Source of the DNA: Aeromonas phage 65
Direction: 5' to 3' (one strand)
Length of the DNA: 24,000 nucleotides
Sequence record: GU459069.1
The stretch's first letter is position 1; the number at the start of each line of letters is the position of its first letter. The translations under genes and the position numbers were made by a program. Positions 8,821 to 16,962 of the stretch are shown piece after piece. The notes below the pieces were generated by a model that ran no database searches, was not told the origin of the DNA, and saw only the letters and a list, made by a program, of their open reading frames with translations.

Positions 8821-9262
8821 TCAATCTTCCAATGGACTTTTCATTTTCTTTTTAACAATTTTCTTACCTGAAGGTCCCTTACCAGTAACCGAACCGGTAG
8901 TTACTCCGGACGCTATATTAGAAACACTTCCGCCACTATCACCGGCTACCATAGCTTCACATAACTTTTCGATAGTCGTATCAGGAGTTCCGTATTGATC
9001 TGTTAAAGTATTCCATTTAGATTTAACTTCATGAAGATCAACCATCAATCGGGTATTACCATATGTATCAATACTCTGTTTAAGAGAATTCACAGATTCG
9101 TGAAATTTTGTATAAGCAGCAATATCCCTAACTGATTTGGGTTCTCCAATCTGGTTTCCCCTGTTCATCAATAATTCCTTGATCATATGCTTCCCAATCT
9201 CGGAAAGGCTTATTTAGCAAAGAAAACATACATTTAGAGTATGTAGATTCCATTTTGTTCAC
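8821..9262 (-). pseudogene. Small hypothetical phage protein gene with an apparent 1-nt frameshift in a G4 run
   Basis: The track shows only 8821..9186. Upstream SD AGGAG plus GTG at 9262 opens (M)NKMESTYSKCMFSLLNKPFRDWEAYDQGIIDEQG. Skipping one G at 9158-9161 joins it to NQIGEPKSVRDIAAYTKFHESVNSLKQSIDTYG..., about 146 aa. Confidence 0.7.
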
Positions 9263-9280
9263 AATTATCTCCTAACAATA

Positions 9281-9300
9281 ATGGGGCCACACAGCCCCGT
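9281..9300 (-). terminator. Hairpin downstream of helicase gene 41 (weak terminator or 5' structure)
   Basis: Minus strand ACGGGGC TGTGTG GCCCCAT followed by TATTGTTAGGAG. 5 GC pairs plus flanking pairs; poor U-tract. Confidence 0.4.
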
Positions 9301-9307
9301 TTATTAT

Positions 9308-10870
9308 TTAGTCCCAAGGGATATCATCGTCATTATCTTCTGGGATATCGAAATCGATCTTAATATCCACATTAGTCATAGCACGTTTAAACAATACATT
9401 ACCAAGTGGTTTTGTATCAATAATATCCTCAATCTCTGGATCCAATGCCACAGGGACCGAAGTGGAAGTATCACCCGTGCGAACTACAATTGAATCAGCT
9501 TTGATATCCGAACGTTCTTCAAGATCCTTTCTCTCAAATACAACGGTATAAGGAGTTGTTTCATCAAGATCTGACCAACGCATTTTAGACTTCTCAACCA
9601 CCATACAAAACTTGTTGTATGTATTGATATCACCATAGCGAGATTTTAGTTGTTTAAACAACTGTTGACCCATCCCAATAAGATCTTCATCTTCGGAAAT
9701 TGCTAGAACAAAATCACAACCATGGAGAAGCGCATATGAATCTGCGATATCAGCTTTATCAATCTCAAGACTATCAGACGAACCTCTATTAGTTTGAGCG
9801 CCAGACCAAGCAACTAGTTTTTTCTCAATTGCCAATCCACGAACTTCTTCTGAAATTGCTTTGATGAAAGCGTATGAATTATCTGAAAACTTCATGCGTG
9901 ATGAAGCCATGATACCAAGATAATCCACCATAATGATATCGGGTTTAAACCCCTTTTTCATTTCAAGTTCGTCAATCAAGTTTCTGATGTGGTTTACGTT
10001 AGCACCAGACGTTGGGAACTGTTTTACATATAGTTTACCAAGGGATTTACCAATAACCTTTTTGTTAAACCGGTTCATAAACTCAGTTTTTTGGATCAGT
10101 CCACTGTCAAGATCATCAAGTGTAAGATCCATCAAGTTCGCGTCTATGCGCTTACCTACGGTTTCTTCACTCATTTCAAAAGAGACGTAAAGAACGTTTA
10201 ATCCAAGTTGCATATACTCGGTCGCAAGGTGACATAAACCGATTGATTTACCTACGCCTGTTCCTGCAAGAATTACGTTCAAAGTACCAATTTCAACGCC
10301 ACCCTTGGTGATCCTATTCAACATATGATTCAAGAAAGGGATCTTGTTGGTCTTCTGATTATACGCTTCCCAACGGTCCTCGGCTTGTCCCATATAATCA
10401 TGACCGATATCGAAAGTAAAGCCAACAGACATGGCTTTTTTCATAATATCCTGCATCGCCCCAAGATCTTTAATCTTAGGGTCTTGTTCGTCTAGTGGCT
10501 TAGAGAAATTTTCACGGATCTGGATACACTCTGATAAAGCAATATCGATTGCACGTTCTTTACAGAACCGTTCAGTTTCTTCAATTAGCCAGTTTTTATC
10601 TTCTGGGGCTTGCTCTATACGACTTATAAGAATTTTGGTCTGGTCATATTCAACCTGACTCATATTTTGTTTACGCTCAACCATAACACTCAAAGCAGCC
10701 ACACTAGGGGCTTTGTTATGTTTTTTTGCATGTTCTCGGATCATATCAAAGGCGATTCGATATGGACCTTTAGAAAAATAGGACGATTCTAGGAAAGGAT
10801 ATACCTTTCCAAAATATTCACCGTTGTATATCAGATTATTGATAATAATCTGACTAATATTAATGCTCAT
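9308..10870 (-). CDS. 41: Replicative DNA helicase (gp41-like, DnaB/RecA fold)
   Basis: About 520 aa with Walker A AGTGVGKSIG, Walker B DIIMVDYLG and EMSEETVGKRIDA. The track start at 10873 is TTG; SD AGAGG spaced 6 nt favours ATG at 10870. Confidence 0.93.
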   Translation of the reverse strand: MSINISQIIINNLIYNGEYFGKVYPFLESSYFSKGPYRIAFDMIREHAKKHNKAPSVAALSVMVERKQNMSQVEYDQTKILISRIEQAPEDKNWLIEETERFCKERAIDIALSECIQIRENFSKPLDEQDPKIKDLGAMQDIMKKAMSVGFTFDIGHDYMGQAEDRWEAYNQKTNKIPFLNHMLNRITKGGVEIGTLNVILAGTGVGKSIGLCHLATEYMQLGLNVLYVSFEMSEETVGKRIDANLMDLTLDDLDSGLIQKTEFMNRFNKKVIGKSLGKLYVKQFPTSGANVNHIRNLIDELEMKKGFKPDIIMVDYLGIMASSRMKFSDNSYAFIKAISEEVRGLAIEKKLVAWSGAQTNRGSSDSLEIDKADIADSYALLHGCDFVLAISEDEDLIGMGQQLFKQLKSRYGDINTYNKFCMVVEKSKMRWSDLDETTPYTVVFERKDLEERSDIKADSIVVRTGDTSTSVPVALDPEIEDIIDTKPLGNVLFKRAMTNVDIKIDFDIPEDNDDDIPWD

Positions 10871-10882
10871 CAAAAACCTCTT

Positions 10883-10930
10883 AAAAAGAAAAACCCACGA
10901 CCGTATGATAACACATCTCGGGTCGTGGGT
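10883..10930 (-). terminator. Rho-independent terminator upstream of gene 41, with an extended -10-like motif in its loop
   Basis: Minus strand ACCCACGACC (18-nt loop) GGTCGTGGGT then TTTTCTTTTT. Perfect 10-bp stem 10893-10902/10921-10930. Confidence 0.85.
10905..10913 (-). promoter_or_regulatory. Candidate extended -10 in the terminator loop
   Basis: Minus strand TGTTATCAT (TGnTATnAT). Confidence 0.35.
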
Positions 10931-10938
10931 AAACTTAT

Positions 10939-10947
10939 ATTATATCA
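10939..10947 (-). promoter_or_regulatory. Candidate extended -10 overlapping the upstream stop codon
   Basis: Minus strand TGATATAAT, a perfect TGnTATAAT match overlapping the stop codon of the 10940..11464 ORF. Confidence 0.4.
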
Positions 10948-11464
10948 ATTTCGCGGAAACGTGCATGATATTACCGGGACCTCTATAAGGCTGGTCATTT
11001 TCAGTAATAACATTCATCCAAAAATCCGGTTTAAACTTAGGTGTAAGCTTAACTCGTTTGATCCGTTTAACAGGAACACCATTATATCCAATATAAGAAC
11101 CAGCATAATACGCTTGCGTTTCACGCTGGGGATTGAGTAGAATAGTTTTATGGTTCCAGCAACAAATAAACTTCTCTCCGCTCTCTAGATGAATTTCATA
11201 AACTTCACCGGCATCGAATTTAGGATCATCCCACTCGGTATCATTTAATCCAATAACTTTAACAAATTCACCGTCATTAATACCCGGCAAATAAGTTGGT
11301 TCGGTATAGATTAATTGCAATCGTTCATAAATAGTCTGTTGTATTGGATACATCACACCGGTTGTTTCGTGTGGCTGATACCAAGTGAATACCTGATCGA
11401 AGGGCCAACCATTAACGTCTCTACCTTGCTTGTGATCTACACGACTCATTACTTGATCTACCAT
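10940..11464 (-). CDS. Hypothetical protein
   Basis: 174-aa ORF between the uvsX-side small genes and gp41. Confidence 0.75.
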   Translation of the reverse strand: MVDQVMSRVDHKQGRDVNGWPFDQVFTWYQPHETTGVMYPIQQTIYERLQLIYTEPTYLPGINDGEFVKVIGLNDTEWDDPKFDAGEVYEIHLESGEKFICCWNHKTILLNPQRETQAYYAGSYIGYNGVPVKRIKRVKLTPKFKPDFWMNVITENDQPYRGPGNIMHVSAKLI

Positions 11465-11467
11465 TTG

Positions 11468-11749
11468 TTAACCTCGTTTGAATATAGATAAGAACCTATC
11501 CCATAAAGAAGGTTTGAACTCACCAAGTTGCAATTTTACCATAGAACATACCAGAGGGTAAAGGATTTCTTTCTCGTCTTCGTGTGGAGTAGACCAGTCG
11601 AGTATAAGATTCCCGTTATCATACTGTATGTTATGGATAAACACAAGATATTTTTCACCATTATGTTCAATGATTGCTTCTTGAAGAACGTCCTTTAGTG
11701 CGGAATTGATAACATCTTTATATTTGTTTTCGTTGTACTCTTCTTCCAT
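11468..11749 (-). CDS. Hypothetical protein
   Basis: 93-aa ORF starting MEEEYNENKYKDVINSALKDVLQEAI; closely spaced with its neighbour. Confidence 0.7.
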   Translation of the reverse strand: MEEEYNENKYKDVINSALKDVLQEAIIEHNGEKYLVFIHNIQYDNGNLILDWSTPHEDEKEILYPLVCSMVKLQLGEFKPSLWDRFLSIFKRG

Positions 11750-11763
11750 AATTTATCTCGAAG

Positions 11764-11783
11764 AGTGGGAGTTAAATCCCACT
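11764..11783 (-). promoter_or_regulatory. Hairpin just upstream of the 93-aa ORF RBS
   Basis: Minus strand AGTGGGA TTTAAC TCCCACT, perfect 7-bp stem, no U-tract in the minus direction. Confidence 0.45.
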
Positions 11784-12008
11784 TATATTTAGGGTATGAT
11801 ACTTACCTTGGATGATCTACTAGCGGCAATTACAGGGTAAACATATTCGGAAAAATATTTTTGATCTTGAAATCCATCCTGAACTAGAAGATGACTAAAC
11901 CCCATCCCTTTCAGATCTAGAGGGGTTTTTATTACTTTAAAGTAAGAGAAGTTTTCTAGTTTCAAAGATTTTACATTATTTTTTATAATAGCTTGGTAAT
12001 TTAGAATT

Positions 12009-12218
12009 TTACCAAGCAGATCTATTTGATATTTTATCTCCCGAAAATATTTTACCATGATTCTGTTCCATTATGAGAGTCGTCTTACCCCTCATAGAAT
12101 TGAAATATCCTTCATATACAGCCAGAGAAGTTGGTGTATCTTCAAAACCCATATGAGTTAGATAATAACCATAATCTTTACTAAAGTCAATAAATAATTT
12201 TATTTGTTCATCGGTCAT
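12009..12218 (-). CDS. Hypothetical small protein
   Basis: 69-aa ORF overlapping the start of the upstream gene by 4 nt; stop codon lies inside a 9-bp hairpin. Confidence 0.55.
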   Translation of the reverse strand: MTDEQIKLFIDFSKDYGYYLTHMGFEDTPTSLAVYEGYFNSMRGKTTLIMEQNHGKIFSGDKISNRSAW

Positions 12219-12571
12219 ATACTTACCATTATTTGGTTAGATTCGGTACTTCTAATATTAAATCCATTTTCTCTCAGACGTTTAATCAATGCATTAAAAA
12301 CTGCAAGATCGTTTGCGATTTGTGCCGATTCCGTAATATACGGATGACATATAGATATAATTGAATGTCTAACATCATATATGTTACTGAAATTTGGATT
12401 ATCTACTCCAATTTCAATTTGACCACCACAAACAATCATTTCATTAATTAAAATTGGATATATAAAATCTACTTCGTTTTTATAATCATATTCTTTATGA
12501 CGTTTCACCATAGAAATTAGGTCTTTCGCTTTGGTATCAACGCTAACCATGAAATCTTTCAAGTCCTTCAT
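12215..12571 (-). CDS. Hypothetical protein
   Basis: 118-aa ORF with SD AAAGGA upstream. Confidence 0.75.
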   Translation of the reverse strand: MKDLKDFMVSVDTKAKDLISMVKRHKEYDYKNEVDFIYPILINEMIVCGGQIEIGVDNPNFSNIYDVRHSIISICHPYITESAQIANDLAVFNALIKRLRENGFNIRSTESNQIMVSI

Positions 12572-12590
12572 ATAATTTCCTTTGTGTAAA

Positions 12591-12611
12591 AGGGGGCTAT
12601 AAAAGCCCCTT
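12591..12611 (-). terminator. Hairpin/terminator downstream of uvsX
   Basis: Minus strand AAGGGGC TTTTATA GCCCCCT then TTTACAC. About 7-bp stem with one wobble and a short U-tract. Confidence 0.55.
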
Positions 12612-12619
12612 CATAATAA

Positions 12620-13726
12620 TTAACCGAAAAGTTGATCGACTTCATCAAACACTTCCTGAGAAACTTCCACAGCTTTCAGTTTATATGCGTTAGAAACTGC
12701 ATCCATGAATGGTTTGTGAGAAAACATAGGTTTCCAGAATTCAAGACTGTCTGACTCTTCTTCGGTCCATTTCTTCTCATCTTCCGGAATAACCATCTCA
12801 CCGGGTTCAAGATCCAAGAAATTGCGCTGGTAACGTGCATTTTGAGGCTTAGTTACAAACCCAAGCTCTTGAGCAATTTTCAAAAGACCGGAATATGTGT
12901 TTATACCACCTTCAAAAGATACCATCAAATCCAGTTTGGATTTTTCTTTGATTGCCCGACTTTTCTCAGCATTCATCACGAAATTATAACCGAGAAGTTC
13001 TTTACCATCTTTGTCTTGCTGTTTACCAAGAATAATTACGGTATCAGCGGAATACATTGGACCAGTACCACCAGACATTACGGTTTTACTGAACATCTCT
13101 TGTGTTTCGTATGTGTGGTTAACTGCGATACATGGAATATCAAGTACGGTCAGATATGGAGTAACCATCCGGAACAGGCTCTTAATCTGCTTCGCTCGGG
13201 TCATATCCTGAGCAGACTTTTCATCCTTCGCATCTTGCAATTCTTTCTTAGATGCAACGTTACCAATAGAATCGATATAGATAATAACTTTATCGCCTCG
13301 GGTAATTGATTCGAGTTTTTTAACAATATCAAACTTCAACTCTTCCACATCAATGAATGGACAATGAACTACACGAGAAATATCAACACCCTGTGATGTG
13401 AAATAATCCGGAGTAGAACCAAATTCATTATCAAAGAATAGACATACAGCCTTTGGATATTTTCTCAAATATGCAGATACCATGACCAGACTGAGGTTAG
13501 ATTTAAAGTGTTTTGAAGGACCAGCAATACAGGTAAGACCCGGAGTGATGCCACCATCTAAGCGACCACTCATCATCAAGTTAATAATCGGTACTCGGGT
13601 TCGGATAGTGTCCTTTTCATTAAAGAAAATACTTTCAGCCAACATAGCACTCATTTTATTAGATGAAGTACCATTCAAACGTTCTAGCAGATCCCCACTA
13701 TTAACAACTTTAGCTTTTTTAGCCAT
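12620..13726 (-). CDS. uvsX: RecA-like recombinase UvsX
   Basis: 368 aa with Walker A AGPSKHFKSNL, VIIYIDSIGNVASKKE and INHTYETQEMFSKTVMSGGTGPMYSADTV, near-identical in pattern to T4 UvsX. Confidence 0.95.
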   Translation of the reverse strand: MAKKAKVVNSGDLLERLNGTSSNKMSAMLAESIFFNEKDTIRTRVPIINLMMSGRLDGGITPGLTCIAGPSKHFKSNLSLVMVSAYLRKYPKAVCLFFDNEFGSTPDYFTSQGVDISRVVHCPFIDVEELKFDIVKKLESITRGDKVIIYIDSIGNVASKKELQDAKDEKSAQDMTRAKQIKSLFRMVTPYLTVLDIPCIAVNHTYETQEMFSKTVMSGGTGPMYSADTVIILGKQQDKDGKELLGYNFVMNAEKSRAIKEKSKLDLMVSFEGGINTYSGLLKIAQELGFVTKPQNARYQRNFLDLEPGEMVIPEDEKKWTEEESDSLEFWKPMFSHKPFMDAVSNAYKLKAVEVSQEVFDEVDQLFG

Positions 13727-13746
13727 TTTATATTTTTCCTGTTTAA

Positions 13747-14163
13747 TTATTTGAATTCAGATTCAAGAGTTTTATGTAATTTTATTAGATACTTATTATT
13801 TTTAAGTGTTTCGGTTGTAGGTTGTTCTAAATTGAGACGGATGTGGGTAGAATCACAAGTTACAAATATAGGAAAACTACGAACTTTAGTTTCAAATAAA
13901 ATCTTAACTACATCCCTAAGATTATTAGTAGTAATACTAAATGAATCTATTAAATTTTTATCATAATATTTTTCTATCACTTCCCGAAGTGAAATAAGAT
14001 ATTCTTCGGAATAACAATTGGTATCTTTATATTCTCTATTAAACAAATCATTTTTTATTACCAAACAAATCTCATCATTTATATGAGCCTTTATTCTTTT
14101 ATATTGTTTATCTTGAGAAACCAAAATTTCCAGTCGGTCTTTATTACTTTCTTGGTCTAGCAT
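13747..14163 (-). CDS. Hypothetical protein
   Basis: The track starts at 14190. SD AGAGG before the ATG at 14163 (MLDQESNKDRLEILVSQ...) suggests the real start. Confidence 0.7.
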   Translation of the reverse strand: MLDQESNKDRLEILVSQDKQYKRIKAHINDEICLVIKNDLFNREYKDTNCYSEEYLISLREVIEKYYDKNLIDSFSITTNNLRDVVKILFETKVRSFPIFVTCDSTHIRLNLEQPTTETLKNNKYLIKLHKTLESEFK

Positions 14164-14181
14164 CACGTTTCCTCTTTTAGT

Positions 14182-14215
14182 ATGGGTCATTATACCACGA
14201 AATATAATGACCCAT
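14182..14215 (-). promoter_or_regulatory. 13-bp perfect inverted repeat containing TGGTATAAT between 43B and the next gene
   Basis: ATGGGTCATTATA - 8-nt loop - TATAATGACCCAT. Minus strand loop/3' arm reads CGTGGTATAATGACC. Confidence 0.5.
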
Positions 14216-14222
14216 GAACATC

Positions 14223-15395
14223 TTAGAAGTCGAACAAATCTTCAAGAGAAACGGTTTTCTCTTGTTTCCAGCCAATAGCAGTACATATAGTATCTAGAGG
14301 CTTCTGGAAGCTCTTACAATACATCCCCACGTAATCAATGTCCTTCTTCAAGTCCAATCCAAACTCTTCGGGAATCTTATCCCCAGAGGGCCACGCAAGG
14401 GTTTCTGCATGATACACGTTAGGAACTTTCAACATCAGGAATTGAATCTTCTCACCTTGGCGGATCGGATCAACATGTTTACCCTGTGCGCTTAGAGCCG
14501 CAGCAATACGGTTATGGTTTATTGCCGCTTTTACATGCCCCGGACAACCGCTAACCGGTACAAAGTTTTCATGGCTACGGTCGATACTCTTAACACTACT
14601 AACTTGAGCAATCTTCCTATAATCCTGTTTTGAATATCCATCACGAACCGTCTCAACATATTCCTGAAGTTCCGATTCTTTACCAGTCAAAATAATCTCA
14701 ATACATTTCTCAAGACTAACTGACGCATGTGGCGGCGTACTACTCCTACGAGTTTCGATACCCATTATTTTGAGCTTAGGAACTACGTTACCATCTTTAT
14801 CTAGTTTACGTTTACCCTCGTTATCCCAAACCGATAGAGCATAACGTTTTTTCTTAGTCCAGAACCCACGGGTTGCTATTACTTCGCGGTCCATAAACAA
14901 TTTATGGTCGTAATAGTTCATGTAGTTCTTTAGATCTTGATACGACTTGTCGATATAAGGCTCTACGCGCTCTTTAGCGAACTTATCCAACATATCCACC
15001 CATTTGATAGGGGGGATATCATCAACTGCGATACCCTTCTTTTCAGCCATCATCTGAACGAATTTATCGACACAAAGATATTGAGAGTCGGTATCGCAAT
15101 AAATTACATACGGGTGTCCGTTCGTACCACAAAGCTTATCAAAATATGAATTGGTTTCCCGTGCAATCCATTTAATTGCAAGTTGACCACCCATGGTAAT
15201 TGATTCTGCCATTCGAAGGTCATAATAACGCCCGACCGGATGACCCAAAGAACCATAAAGAGAGTTGATCAATACCTTCTTTGCTTGTTGGTTTACGTTA
15301 GATACCTTTTCATACTTCCGACAATTAACAATTAACTGTTCTAATTCGGAGTCTGTCATAGACTCCAATTGTTCATCTGTATAATCCAAATTCAT
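14223..15395 (-). CDS. 43B: DNA polymerase family B, C-terminal half (palm, thumb, clamp-binding tail)
   Basis: 390 aa with KKVLINSLYGSLG (motif B), VIYCDTDSQYL (motif C), TKKKRYALSVWD, and C-terminal EKTVSLEDLFDF resembling the T4 gp43 clamp-binding tail. Confidence 0.93.
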   Translation of the reverse strand: MNLDYTDEQLESMTDSELEQLIVNCRKYEKVSNVNQQAKKVLINSLYGSLGHPVGRYYDLRMAESITMGGQLAIKWIARETNSYFDKLCGTNGHPYVIYCDTDSQYLCVDKFVQMMAEKKGIAVDDIPPIKWVDMLDKFAKERVEPYIDKSYQDLKNYMNYYDHKLFMDREVIATRGFWTKKKRYALSVWDNEGKRKLDKDGNVVPKLKIMGIETRRSSTPPHASVSLEKCIEIILTGKESELQEYVETVRDGYSKQDYRKIAQVSSVKSIDRSHENFVPVSGCPGHVKAAINHNRIAAALSAQGKHVDPIRQGEKIQFLMLKVPNVYHAETLAWPSGDKIPEEFGLDLKKDIDYVGMYCKSFQKPLDTICTAIGWKQEKTVSLEDLFDF

Positions 15396-15397
15396 TT

Positions 15398-16921
15398 TTA
15401 TTCCTTATGATGACGCATAGCTAGGATCTTCGCGGCTCGGGTCGCTAGGGCATCCGCTCTAAATTCATCGGTCTTTGCAGCCTTACGCTGTTTAAATACC
15501 TTTTCAACCTCGATAGGAAGGAATCCCCGCATATCGGTCCGATACCGAACACCATTTGCTGCAAATGAATATTTACCTTCATGGGGTACATTATAAGTAC
15601 CATTTACCAAACCAACACCATCGATATCTGGAACCATACGGTCTTTAACCAAGATCCTCGGAATATCTATCTGGTCAACTAAAGTTTCTGGGGAGATATT
15701 TGTTCCCATGATTATATGTGGATACAATGAGGTCAAGTCGAACGAAAGGAGCCATTGATACATCCCCGGAATTGGGTCTTTAACATATGCACCCGCAAAC
15801 TTAGCCCGTTGCGCGTGTTTGTTCTCAGGAATGATAATACCTTGCGCTAAGAGACTGTTATATATGATTGCGTCCCAAGTCTTCAAAGGACTGAAAACGT
15901 CAGCAGCATTTACACCAGCATAATAAGATACAGATGCAATTAGATAAATCAAACTTAGTCGAATCTCAAGGTTTTTGATAATCTCAACGTCTCGAATAGA
16001 GTAATCGATATAAGTCTGAGGATCTTTTGTAGCAAAGTCCAAATATGTCCTATATGTCATTTCAACTTTATTAATGCCTAGTTCGGCTTCAGCGATTGTA
16101 TCTAGCTTATAGTTTGGTCGAGTTGTAAATGTAAATTTCTTATATGCTGCCATGAAGTCAATACAGTTAACGCCAGTGATATCATAGGTAATAACTTCAT
16201 CATCGTTATCATCTTTTGTAATGATTTCATTGACAGTACCGAACGGACTCAGTTTACTGAGGAATTTATCTCCCAATATTTTTTTAATACGTCTGGCAAT
16301 ATACGGAATATCAAACCCTTCTGAGTTCCAACCACTAACATAATGTGGAGTATTTTCTGTGAAGAATTGCAAAAACCGAATAAGGATTTCTTTTTCAGAT
16401 CCGTTTTTATGATATTCAACATGATCCAAAACTTCTTTATCTAGAATCGATTTATTCGGATCCCATTCACGGGTTGTCCAGATAAAGTATTTATTCATCT
16501 TGGTACTATAAATTTGGATAGTATCAATTTCATATGCACAATTTGTGGTGTCTGGGAAAGGTCCATCAGTTGGGACCTCAATATCAAAAAACATAATATC
16601 GAGCATAGAATAATCATATTGAGCATTAGCCCCATACGTATCAGATATATATTGGAAAGTATAGTTATCCATACCCAACACTTCTTTATCCATAGACTGC
16701 ATTTCTTTAAACCATTTTCTGGCTTCACCAATGGAATCAAGCGTCTTAGGTAAGCATTTTCGATCATATATATCTTTGAACTTGGTTTCAATATGATTTC
16801 CAACATGACGATATAGAGTCGGAGAGTATCGAACCTTTCTAATTTTATCGCTACCGTTTTCATCAAAATATCTATCGTAGATGGTGTTTCCATCCATCCA
16901 TACGTTAGTATAAAAACTCAT
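15398..16921 (-). CDS. 43A: DNA polymerase family B, N-terminal half (3'-5' exonuclease and start of polymerase domain)
   Basis: Exo motifs MFFDIEV, SGWNSEGFDIPYI and YSIRDVEIIKN; motif A SFDLTSLYPHIIMG. ORF ends MRHHKE* in the fingers region. SD GGAG 6 nt before ATG at 16921 (MSFYTNVWMDGN) favours this start over 16960. Confidence 0.93.
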   Translation of the reverse strand: MSFYTNVWMDGNTIYDRYFDENGSDKIRKVRYSPTLYRHVGNHIETKFKDIYDRKCLPKTLDSIGEARKWFKEMQSMDKEVLGMDNYTFQYISDTYGANAQYDYSMLDIMFFDIEVPTDGPFPDTTNCAYEIDTIQIYSTKMNKYFIWTTREWDPNKSILDKEVLDHVEYHKNGSEKEILIRFLQFFTENTPHYVSGWNSEGFDIPYIARRIKKILGDKFLSKLSPFGTVNEIITKDDNDDEVITYDITGVNCIDFMAAYKKFTFTTRPNYKLDTIAEAELGINKVEMTYRTYLDFATKDPQTYIDYSIRDVEIIKNLEIRLSLIYLIASVSYYAGVNAADVFSPLKTWDAIIYNSLLAQGIIIPENKHAQRAKFAGAYVKDPIPGMYQWLLSFDLTSLYPHIIMGTNISPETLVDQIDIPRILVKDRMVPDIDGVGLVNGTYNVPHEGKYSFAANGVRYRTDMRGFLPIEVEKVFKQRKAAKTDEFRADALATRAAKILAMRHHKE

Positions 16922-16939
16922 TATATTCTCCATACAAAG

Positions 16940-16960
16940 ATGGGGGAGATTATCCCCCAT
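16940..16960 (-). promoter_or_regulatory. Perfect hairpin upstream of the 43A RBS, candidate translational operator or 5' stabiliser
   Basis: Minus strand ATGGGGGA TAATC TCCCCCAT, 8-bp stem with 5-nt loop, about 10 nt before the GGAG SD. Confidence 0.6.
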
Positions 16961-16962
16961 GT

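Noticed and set aside
11789-12058. 89-aa minus ORF MVKYFREIKYQIDLL...
   Set aside because: It overlaps the 69-aa gene by 50 nt, covers two inverted repeats, and has no convincing RBS or protein character. I treat it as probably non-coding and list the region as a finding instead.
15396-15397. The polymerase split being caused by an intron, intein or simple frameshift
   Set aside because: Only 2 nt separate the stop and the new start, the two halves do not overlap in frame, and an SD precedes the second start. This looks like a stable natural split rather than an insertion or indel.
16495-16893. Minus-strand 132-aa ORF METPSTIDILMKTV...
   Set aside because: Alternate frame entirely inside DNA polymerase 43A.
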